From Thermoplasmatales archaeon (GTDB lineage Archaea; Thermoplasmatota; E2; DHVEG-1), in assembly GCA_020350365.1 (NCBI GenBank), contig CP070712.1:64812-116252 (forward strand): a stretch of 51,441 nucleotides of DNA. The letters run 5' to 3'. Positions 43,883 through 51,441 of the stretch are shown here, one piece after another; within the stretch, counting starts at the first letter, position 1, and every line of letters starts with the position of its first letter. A model generated the notes under the pieces. That model was not told the DNA's origin and did not search any database. It worked only from the letters and a program-made list of their open reading frames with translations. Both the position numbers and the translations under genes were made by a program.

Positions 43883-45866
43883 ATAGGTTTCTTAGTACCG
43901 GAAATAGATTCGGGAACCGTTCAAAGAATCTTAGAAGCAATGGATGTAATGCCGCTCTTCCGCGTGGAATTGTAACTTCAAAAGTGCTATCAGCACTTGT
44001 TGCTCCTCTTTCATCCTCGGCACTTGCAGTTATTGTGTACGTTCCATCTTCTTCATAGGTGTGACATACTTCTACCGGTGTACATGATGGATTAAAGTCT
44101 GTCTCTTCAGAGTTTCCATCTCCCCAGTCTATTACGTATTTTACCTGGTGTCCATTGGGATCATCTGAGTGAAATGTCCAGCAAAGTTCAACACCTGCTG
44201 CACCTTTGTCCGGGCCATCAATATCCGGTGCGGTGGGAGCTTCATTTGGCTCTTCCTCTGTTGTGAAACTCCATTCAGGACCTGATGTAGTTTCACCCTG
44301 GCTGTCTTCTGATACAATCTGCCAGTAGTATGTTGTCCCCAATTCCATTGTGCCTGGATCATATGCTGTTTGGGTTAGATCTTCCTCTACCAGTGGTGGA
44401 GGACTACTTGTACCAAAGTACACATCATAGGTCACTGTATCACCAACATTTGGGTCTCCTCCGGTCCATTTAAGTATCTCATCTATTGATACATCAGTTG
44501 CACCGTTTGGAGGTTCAGGAGCTGTTGGTGCAAACGGAGGTGCGTTTTCCTCAGTTGAAAAGATCCAAACTGGTCCAGTTGCTGAAAAATCAAAAATGTC
44601 CCATGAAACAATCTGCCAGTAATATGTTGTATCAAAATCAAGTAATCCTGGGTCGTAGGACGTACCTGATTGATTACTAACAACCTGTGGCGGAGGACTG
44701 GTCGTTCCAAAGTAAACATCATAAAGAACAGTGTCACCGTCGGGATCTCCACCCGTCCAGCTTACAACAACATTGATTTCATTATCAATGGAGCCATCTC
44801 CTGGACTTGGATTGCTTGGTTCGTAAGGTGCATCGTTAGTTCTAGTTGTAAAGCTCCAAACAGGGCCAGATTTCGAAAGATTTTTTTCATCGTATGCTAC
44901 AATCTGCCAATAATAGGTGATACCAAAATCAAGACCATCTGGATCATAAGAGGTGTCGGTTTGATTTTCTGATACAAGCACATCAGGTGTGGAGTCACCT
45001 TCTTCAAGAAATACATTATAGGTAACGTTATCATCATTTGGATCTCCCCCGGTCCAACTTAGATTTGTCAGGGGTGAAACATCTGTTGCCCCGTCACTTG
45101 GGTCTGGATCGCTTGGCTCATAAGGCGGTTCATTTTCAGGAATATACATCCATGCGATATACACATACTCACCAGAGGTATAACCTGAGTATTCATGAAC
45201 AAGATCAGAATCATTTGCAATATCAACAGAATGAGGTGAACTGCGACTATTAGCAGAAGTTACATTTGCAGTATATTGGGAGTCATTGTACCAACCCTTC
45301 CATCCTCCTTGGCCATGCATTGAACTGCCATCCTCATATGAGTCAAAGTCCTCAGACCAGAGAACGCCTTCTCCAACCTTAGAAAGACTTATGTCGTCAT
45401 AATAGACGGTAGAAGCAGAGTTTGCAAAAAGATCAACTGCAGCAATATTTAGTATGCCATTTCCACCACCATTGGGTTCTGCTGTCCATTCTTTTTCATG
45501 CAATAGGTCATCATCGTAATACATCTCCAACCAGTCAGAGTCAAGGTCGATATTTATCTTGATTTCCACCCATTCATCTGTTATAAGTGGTAAGGTTGCG
45601 TCATCAAACTCACTCTCAACAATTTGCTCCTCACTATCAAATCTCATTTGAACTGCCCAGGTGTTACCTGTTCCCGAGTCAGAATAGTTGCTCAACATAA
45701 TGAAATACGTTTCACCTGTAAAAAGAGGCTCAACCAAGGGTTTATCAGAAATCATTAATTCATATTCTGATATGTTTTCAGCACCGATACAAGGTATGCT
45801 ACTAGCTCCAACAAAAAGGACAATTATAACTAAAACTAGTCCTTTCTTTAATTTTCCAATTTTCAT
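43872..45866 (-). CDS. Secreted protein: jelly-roll-like N-domain (paralogue of 1297..2664), three FN3-like repeats, Cys-containing variant of the PKD-like module and cassette tail
   Basis: The N-domain is ~55% identical by eye to 1297..2664 (..WSEDFDSYEDGSSMHGQGGWKGW..). Three ~95-aa repeats P.P.[ND]G[AS].DV....L.WTGGDP..D.V.YDVYFGT..PP......T.YDPG....TTYYWQIV. Module GVELCWTFHSDDPNGHQVKYVIDWGDG. Tail IPRGRAALHPLLLRFFERFPNLFPVLRNLFGF*. Confidence 0.85.
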   Translation of the reverse strand: MKIGKLKKGLVLVIIVLFVGASSIPCIGAENISEYELMISDKPLVEPLFTGETYFIMLSNYSDSGTGNTWAVQMRFDSEEQIVESEFDDATLPLITDEWVEIKINIDLDSDWLEMYYDDDLLHEKEWTAEPNGGGNGILNIAAVDLFANSASTVYYDDISLSKVGEGVLWSEDFDSYEDGSSMHGQGGWKGWYNDSQYTANVTSANSRSSPHSVDIANDSDLVHEYSGYTSGEYVYIAWMYIPENEPPYEPSDPDPSDGATDVSPLTNLSWTGGDPNDDNVTYNVFLEEGDSTPDVLVSENQTDTSYDPDGLDFGITYYWQIVAYDEKNLSKSGPVWSFTTRTNDAPYEPSNPSPGDGSIDNEINVVVSWTGGDPDGDTVLYDVYFGTTSPPPQVVSNQSGTSYDPGLLDFDTTYYWQIVSWDIFDFSATGPVWIFSTEENAPPFAPTAPEPPNGATDVSIDEILKWTGGDPNVGDTVTYDVYFGTSSPPPLVEEDLTQTAYDPGTMELGTTYYWQIVSEDSQGETTSGPEWSFTTEEEPNEAPTAPDIDGPDKGAAGVELCWTFHSDDPNGHQVKYVIDWGDGNSEETDFNPSCTPVEVCHTYEEDGTYTITASAEDERGATSADSTFEVTIPRGRAALHPLLLRFFERFPNLFPVLRNLFGF
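44259..45134 (-). repeat. Three tandem ~285-nt intragenic repeats encoding FN3-like domains
   Basis: aa 245-341, 344-438 and 440-536 of the 43872..45866 product align along their whole length. Confidence 0.7.
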
Positions 45867-45992
45867 ATTTTTCCTCCCTTAAAACTATAAATTTTTATAA
45901 TTAATATATATTAATAAAATTTAAATATTTGCTTAACAAGTGTTAATTATCGTACCTTTTTTAAATAAAATATAAAAAAATGATTTCATTTT

Positions 45993-46012
45993 AAAAAATA
46001 AAAGAAAAAGAG
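45993..46012 (-). terminator. Oligo-U terminator-like tract downstream of 46026..47561 (minus strand)
   Basis: Minus strand TCTCTCTTTTTCTTTTATTTTTT, homologous to the tract after 43872..45866. Confidence 0.35.
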
Positions 46013-46025
46013 AGATTGATTTGAA

Positions 46026-47561
46026 CTACATTATACCTAGTACATCTCTAAATATTTTAGACATAAAAGGAAATCGTTCAATCAATTGTAGAAATACTGA
46101 GTGATACACTGTTCTAGGTCTTGGTATTTCAACCTCAAGTGTACTTTCCGTGCTCTCTGCACCCCAACAACAGTCCTTTGCTATTGCTTTTATGATGTAT
46201 GTACCTCTTTCTGCATAAGTATGGCATACTTCAATTGGTACGCAAGAAGGCTTACATTCTGTTGTATCGGTTGATCCATCTCCCCAGTCAATAATATACT
46301 GTACAGGGTCTCCATTTGGATCGGTCGAATGGAATGTCCAGCATAATTCTACTCCTTCTCCTCCTTTATTGGGTCCATCGATTATTGGAGGTGATGGCGG
46401 TTTGTTTTCATAAGCATGAACCCATGCCCAGTCCCAATCATAAACATAATAGGGTTCACAATCACTGTATGCCTGAACTTCAACGTAGTTGGGATCAACG
46501 CTACAATCTGGGCCCTCAACATGTGCTGTAACGTATATCTCAATAGTATTACATGGGTCTAGCGGTCCAGGGAAATACCAATATATGTAATAATATGGCG
46601 GATCATAATACCATTCATCAGGTTCAGGATCTGAACTAATGTATTTTAGACTGTCATGCATCATATCCCCAACAAATATATCATATAGCGCACCGCAGCA
46701 TTCTCCATTGTTATGGATGACTATCTTAAATTGCACATCTGTACATATTGGTAAGTCAATGGCCTCAGCCTCAGTGTCAGCATCGATCCAACCTTGTGCA
46801 CATGGGTCCCAAACATATTTCTCAACATCAACACTTGGTTCACAACCCTCGTCTGAGGTCAATTGAAAGGCCATATCAAAGTCATAACCTTGTACTTCGA
46901 ATCCAGGAGTCCAGAATGTATATCCAAAGTAGTCTGATCCCCAAACTGCTGGAGATAATTGATAAGTTTCATGGGCACCCCAACCAGATTGTGGTGGATA
47001 CTGGCCTTCAGCCCAAATACTTATCCAGAACTTCTCACAACCGTAAAATGTTATAGTTTCTGGTAAATCCACTGAGAGTTCATAATATATGCTTGTACCT
47101 GTATCTTCAAGAACTTCCTTGGTTATTTCATCCCACGTGAAGCAGTATGGACCTGCATAAGTAGGAGTTTGTGGATGACCATCTGGTGATTCTCCAGTAC
47201 CATCGTCATACATAAAAGAGATGCACCAGTCAAAAGCACCAATATCATAATCTGTGCCCCAATAACCACCGACCCAATGCACATCTAAAACAGTTGTGTC
47301 TTCGTCAAAGTGGAAGTCATCTGCTACATAAGAATCAAAATCTATAGATTCATCCCACTGTGTGGCCATTAGATTTTCATATTCCATACCATTGTCCCAA
47401 ACAACTGAACCAATGGCACCTGGAGCTTGTCCACTCCCTTCAATTTTCGTTTTTGGAGTTTGAAAATCATCAGTTTCTGCTATCACAGAAGTTGATAATA
47501 TCATGGATAGTGCTATCACTAGAACAATAGCTTCTTTTATAAAATATTTTCTTTTGTCCAT
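46026..47561 (-). CDS. Secreted hypothetical protein (Cys- and aromatic-rich N-region, CARDB/DUF11-like middle) with the Cys-containing PKD-like module variant and a divergent cassette tail
   Basis: Signal peptide. Module GVELCWTFHSTDPNGDPVQYIIDWGDGSTDTTECKPSCVPIEVCHTY. Tail IPRPRTVYHSVFLQLIERFPFMSKIFRDVLGIM*. GGGGAGG RBS. Confidence 0.8.
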   Translation of the reverse strand: MDKRKYFIKEAIVLVIALSMILSTSVIAETDDFQTPKTKIEGSGQAPGAIGSVVWDNGMEYENLMATQWDESIDFDSYVADDFHFDEDTTVLDVHWVGGYWGTDYDIGAFDWCISFMYDDGTGESPDGHPQTPTYAGPYCFTWDEITKEVLEDTGTSIYYELSVDLPETITFYGCEKFWISIWAEGQYPPQSGWGAHETYQLSPAVWGSDYFGYTFWTPGFEVQGYDFDMAFQLTSDEGCEPSVDVEKYVWDPCAQGWIDADTEAEAIDLPICTDVQFKIVIHNNGECCGALYDIFVGDMMHDSLKYISSDPEPDEWYYDPPYYYIYWYFPGPLDPCNTIEIYVTAHVEGPDCSVDPNYVEVQAYSDCEPYYVYDWDWAWVHAYENKPPSPPIIDGPNKGGEGVELCWTFHSTDPNGDPVQYIIDWGDGSTDTTECKPSCVPIEVCHTYAERGTYIIKAIAKDCCWGAESTESTLEVEIPRPRTVYHSVFLQLIERFPFMSKIFRDVLGIM

Positions 47562-47855
47562 ATTTTTCCTCCCCCAAATAAATATTTGGATTATAACATA
47601 TGTAATAAAAAATAATAATATAAATGTTTTCTTAACAATAGTTAATAGTTTTATATATTAAATTTAATAAATGCTATGATATTTATCTTACTTCATGAGT
47701 TATAACTATAGTCTTATTTGATATAAGATTTAGGTTACATTTAAAAACAATCATTTTTTTTATAAATTATATACTTTAAATAAAGACTCCTATTCAAATT
47801 TAGGAGAAATTATAATAATACTTAATATTATACTATTATAAAGGGGAAAAATAAA

Positions 47856-50543
47856 ATGAAGAGAAGTTTTAGAAATAAAATAATGATATTCTTAATTACG
47901 TCTTTTTTTGTGATGCTGTCGTTTTCACCAGCACAAGAATTACCTGAGATTGATAAAAATATTGAAACTTATACAAGTAAAACAGGTGATATCATTGTTG
48001 GGGAAAAAATTGATCCAATTTACTATGGTCAAGGTTATGTAGAACATATGGATGAATGTATCGCTCGAGACCAACTGACGCGATCTGAATCAAACGCTGA
48101 TTACGATGATTTAACAAGTCAGCATGGTAACTGGGTAGTGCCCTCTCGAGAAGCAAGTTATTATCCTTACTCAGGTGAGCACTATATTATAAACAAATAT
48201 GGTGATACAATGATGGGTATTTCATTTCCTACAGATGTTGATGTGCATGGTGCTTGGTTTGCAGGTCAAGGTGGAGGAGAAGGTGTATGGACTGAAAGTT
48301 TACGAGTAATTGGATATCTAAATGGTGAAAATACACAAATCACTGATTGGTTTGATTACATTGATGATACTCCTTCATGGTTTGCAATGAACCTTCAAGA
48401 TGTTGACAGAATCATTATAGAAGCAACCCCAACTTATAATGGAGGAGGTTGGTATGGGTTGGATGATTTAACCTATACTCCTAGTATAGAAGGCGAACAA
48501 GAAGACTCTGAAACAATAGTAATTGATTTTGAGGATTGTTCTTACGATCAAAACCTCGACAGTTCAATCTATGCAGATTTGACATGGGAAACTGGAACAG
48601 GTAGTTTATACATTTCAATGGATGAAAAGTCTTCATCTCAAGAATCACTAAATTCTGATAATAATGAGATATATACTGCAGGCTCTCAAGATAAGGGCAA
48701 TACAATAGCACCTCTGTTACAAAATAATTTTCAAGGAGTTATTAGAGGTGATGCAGGTTCTTGGTCTTATCCACCTGACTCCTGTGGGGCTGCTGGTATA
48801 AACCATTATGTCGAGGTAGTTAACAGAAACTTTGCTGTATATAATAAAACCACGGGTGAGGAATTGATAAACATACTATTGGGTTCTTTTTTACCAGAGA
48901 GTAATGGTGATCCACGGGTCCTTTATGATCAATACAGTGGTCGCTGGTTTGTTATTGTTTGCGACTTCAATACCAAACTCTTTTTAGCTGTTTCAATGTC
49001 TGAAGATCCCACTGAGGAATGGTTCAAGTGTGATTTTGTGGTCTCACAAGGTAGTGATGCAGGAAAATGGCCAGATTATCCGACACTCGGTGTTGATGAA
49101 GTAGGTGTTTATACTGCTGCATATATGATAGGTGGAGGTAATGGTATGAGTATTTTTGCCCTTGATAAGGCTCCATTAATTGCATCAGAGCCCAGCTTGG
49201 GCGATATATATGCATTTCGGGAACTGCCCTGGGAAGGTGCTATTCAGCCTGTGCATACATTTGGTACAACAGAAGGAGAATATTTTGTTTCACGAATGTC
49301 ATCTACGGGTATACGTGTGCGTCTATTGACAGATCTGCTCACCGAACCTACCCTAACTGAACTGGGATATGCAACAGTTCCAGTACATTATTCCCCACCA
49401 GATGCTCCAGCATTAGGTAGTACTGTACCACTTGATACCGTTGGACACCGTCTGATGAATGCGGTATATCGTGATGGATATATCTGGACTGCACATTGCA
49501 TAGATGTTGATGGAAGAGCTGCAGCCCGCTGGTATAATATAAGTGTCACTGGACCAACACTTTCTGATTATGGAACAGTAAGTGATCCAGTGATGTACTA
49601 TTTCTTTCCAACAGTTATGATAAATGCAATAGGAAATGTAATCATGGGTTTTTCTGGATCCCATGCTGGTCAATATGGAGCTGCATACTACACAGGTAGG
49701 CTTGCAAGTGACCCGCCCGGCGAGATGGGCCCTCCTATCTTATTAAAGGAAGGGGAGGATACGTATAATCTGATAGATGGTTATGGACGAAATCGATGGG
49801 GTGATTACAGTCTTTGCTCACTTGATCCTACAAATGAATACACCCTTTGGACTATACAAGAATATGCACACTCACATAATAGCACAGGAGAAAACCGCTG
49901 GGGAACATGGATAGGGGAATTTGATTATGGAAACAGGCCTCCTTGGAAACCTACAATTGATGGGCCAACAAATGGAACCACAGGCTCCTCTTATGAATAT
50001 AAATTCAGTTCGGAAGACCCTGATGCTGATGAAGTCTATTACCTAATTGATTGGGGAGATGGAACAACAAGCGACTGGATAGGGCCATATTCATCCGGAG
50101 AAGAGATTACAGAAAGCCATTCATGGGACGTAGTAGGAGAATATGAGATAATTGCGAAATCAAAGGATAATTTTTCTGAGAGTGACTGGTCAGACCCATT
50201 TGCTGTAAGCATAGCGCCTTTGTTTGAGATAGACTCGATAAATGGAGGATTTTTTAGAGTAAAAGCTGTCCTTAGAAACAATTTAGATGAAGAGCTTACT
50301 TGTGTGAAGTGGAACATTACTCTTGAAGGCGGTGCATTTATTGGTAAACAATCATCTGGTGAGATAGATATTCCAAGTTGTGGGGAGGCAACCATAAAAT
50401 CAGGATTGATTCTTGGATTTGGAGAAACAAAGATAACTGTGACTGCTGAAGTTCCAGGTTGTTTTGACACAATGTCAAGAGGTGGATTTGTATATGTATT
50501 TTACATCAATGTAAACATTGGAGGTAAGCAATTATATAGATAA
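47856..50543 (+). CDS. Large secreted hypothetical protein (895 aa) with an internal PKD-like module followed by an extra ~105-aa beta domain in place of the cassette tail
   Basis: Signal peptide. Module at nt 49932-50219 (SSYEYKFSSEDPDADEVYYLIDWGDGTTSDWIGPYSSGEEITESHSW..SDWSDPFAVSIAP). No P-R-x-[RK] and no FERFPN tail. Confidence 0.8.
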   Translation: MKRSFRNKIMIFLITSFFVMLSFSPAQELPEIDKNIETYTSKTGDIIVGEKIDPIYYGQGYVEHMDECIARDQLTRSESNADYDDLTSQHGNWVVPSREASYYPYSGEHYIINKYGDTMMGISFPTDVDVHGAWFAGQGGGEGVWTESLRVIGYLNGENTQITDWFDYIDDTPSWFAMNLQDVDRIIIEATPTYNGGGWYGLDDLTYTPSIEGEQEDSETIVIDFEDCSYDQNLDSSIYADLTWETGTGSLYISMDEKSSSQESLNSDNNEIYTAGSQDKGNTIAPLLQNNFQGVIRGDAGSWSYPPDSCGAAGINHYVEVVNRNFAVYNKTTGEELINILLGSFLPESNGDPRVLYDQYSGRWFVIVCDFNTKLFLAVSMSEDPTEEWFKCDFVVSQGSDAGKWPDYPTLGVDEVGVYTAAYMIGGGNGMSIFALDKAPLIASEPSLGDIYAFRELPWEGAIQPVHTFGTTEGEYFVSRMSSTGIRVRLLTDLLTEPTLTELGYATVPVHYSPPDAPALGSTVPLDTVGHRLMNAVYRDGYIWTAHCIDVDGRAAARWYNISVTGPTLSDYGTVSDPVMYYFFPTVMINAIGNVIMGFSGSHAGQYGAAYYTGRLASDPPGEMGPPILLKEGEDTYNLIDGYGRNRWGDYSLCSLDPTNEYTLWTIQEYAHSHNSTGENRWGTWIGEFDYGNRPPWKPTIDGPTNGTTGSSYEYKFSSEDPDADEVYYLIDWGDGTTSDWIGPYSSGEEITESHSWDVVGEYEIIAKSKDNFSESDWSDPFAVSIAPLFEIDSINGGFFRVKAVLRNNLDEELTCVKWNITLEGGAFIGKQSSGEIDIPSCGEATIKSGLILGFGETKITVTAEVPGCFDTMSRGGFVYVFYINVNIGGKQLYR

Positions 50544-50592
50544 CTAAACATTAGATTCTTAAGAATAAAAATAAAAAAGGAGAATTTGGTAA

Positions 50593-51441
50593 TTAGAAAC
50601 CTAATAGGTATCTAACTACCGGAAATGCATTTGACGATCTTTTAGAGAACAACTCTAGTAAATTTAGTTTAATATTGCTGGATTTGAATCTTGGCATGTT
50701 TACTTCCAATGTCGCCCAATCGCTTTCTGCACCATTTGTATCTACTGCTTTTGCTTTAATTAAATATGTTCCTCCTTCAGTCCATATATGTTTTACATTT
50801 GCATCATTACCAGACGCAACATAGTCAGTCCACTCGGAATTGTTGTCCCCCCATTCGATATAAAATTTGACATCGTCACCTTCGGGATCTGCTGAGTTGA
50901 ATGTATACTCATATTCTTCTCCAGTTTTTCCACTTGTCTTCCCATCGATTGTTGGCACTTCCGGTGGCTCAGAAAGCCTCTCTGCATCAGTAGGCCAACT
51001 CAATCCAGTTGTTTGCCAAACGACTGTACCATTAGTGTCAATCTCAAAAACACCATTTCCCATATATAGCTCTGTTATGAGTGTGTTACCATTTGCAAGT
51101 CTTTCAGCATCAAATGTTAAACCCGTACTGAGATAGTCCCAGATAATAGTACCACTGTTATCAATCTCGATTATGAAATTCTCATACGAGTATAAGGTAA
51201 TAAGTGTATTTCCATTTGCTAGTCTCTCTACATCAACTGGGAAGTTACAGGCATATTGCCATACAATTGCTCCGCTATTATCTACTTCAATAATACGATC
51301 TGCCGCTGTTTCTGCTATCAGTGTATTGCCGTTAGAAAGCCGCTCTGCATCAACCGGCATATTCAATCCATCTTTAAGCCAGACAATCGAACCTGCGCTG
51401 TTTACTTCAATTACACGATCCATATAGGCATCGGAAATAAG
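50593..51441 (-). CDS. Secreted beta-propeller-like repeat protein with PKD-like module and cassette tail; 5' end truncated by the window edge
   Basis: Repeats ..I.E[IV]D.[SN]G..[IV]W......P.D[AV]ERL[SA]NGNTLI. The frame stays open to nt 51441 (LISDAY upstream of the track's Met). Module YEYTFNSADPEGDDVKFYIEWGDN. Tail MPRFKSSNIKLNLLELFSKRSSNAFPVVRYLLGF*. Confidence 0.8.
   Translation of the reverse strand, partial: LISDAYMDRVIEVNSAGSIVWLKDGLNMPVDAERLSNGNTLIAETAADRIIEVDNSGAIVWQYACNFPVDVERLANGNTLITLYSYENFIIEIDNSGTIIWDYLSTGLTFDAERLANGNTLITELYMGNGVFEIDTNGTVVWQTTGLSWPTDAERLSEPPEVPTIDGKTSGKTGEEYEYTFNSADPEGDDVKFYIEWGDNNSEWTDYVASGNDANVKHIWTEGGTYLIKAKAVDTNGAESDWATLEVNMPRFKSSNIKLNLLELFSKRSSNAFPVVRYLLGF

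Noticed and set aside
1-51441. Search for CRISPR arrays, rRNA, intact tRNA, IS elements or transposases across the window
   Set aside because: There are no regularly spaced direct repeats, no rRNA-like or complete cloverleaf-like GC-rich segments, and no ORF with transposase or integrase motifs. The only tRNA-like sequence is the 3' fragment at 11824-11844.

Overview
AT-rich window (about 30% G+C by eye, not computed) with about 45 protein-coding genes. I found no rRNA, intact tRNA, CRISPR array, transposase or integrase. It is probably archaeal: one PGF-CTERM-type tail, Lrp/AsnC-type regulators, oligo-T terminators, A/T-rich TATA-like boxes and strong GGAGG ribosome-binding sites. The lineage cannot be fixed from sequence alone.

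The window is dominated by a secretome island. Fourteen otherwise unrelated secreted proteins end in the same C-terminal cassette:
- an ~85-90 aa PKD/Ig-like module (..DPDGDDVYY.IDWGDG...W.GPY.SGE...H.W...G.Y.I.AKAKD..G.ES.WSDP..V.I)
- an invariant P-R-x-[RK] junction
- a terminal ~20 aa tail, [LF]xx[LF]FERFPNxFPxLRYLLGx-stop

The cargo domains are cysteine peptidases of several families (C10 streptopain-like; three C25 gingipain-like; two Cys-Ntn choloylglycine-hydrolase-like amidases), NosD-like beta-helix proteins, beta-propellers and FN3-like repeat proteins. A C11 clostripain-like peptidase and a fourth C25-like peptidase lie in the same locus without the cassette.

My main hypothesis is that the cassette is a lineage-specific C-terminal sorting, anchoring or processing signal. 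Its dibasic Arg junction may be cut by the co-encoded clan-CD peptidases, which would resemble the T9SS CTD/PorU logic. Whether a curated sorting-domain model already covers this tail needs a database search I cannot run.

Other content:
- housekeeping and metabolic genes: ZupT, an AmpG-like MFS transporter, GH13 amylase, M29-like aminopeptidase, Fe-S proteins and RadC
- two fused double Lrp/AsnC regulators, each divergent from a Ntn-amidase paralogue
- a small mobile or defence-like islet: an AbrB/RelE toxin-antitoxin pair flanked by 25-nt direct repeats, a Cas4-like nuclease and a tRNA 3' fragment
- stop-codon-spanning hairpin terminators and a duplicated ~155-bp upstream region
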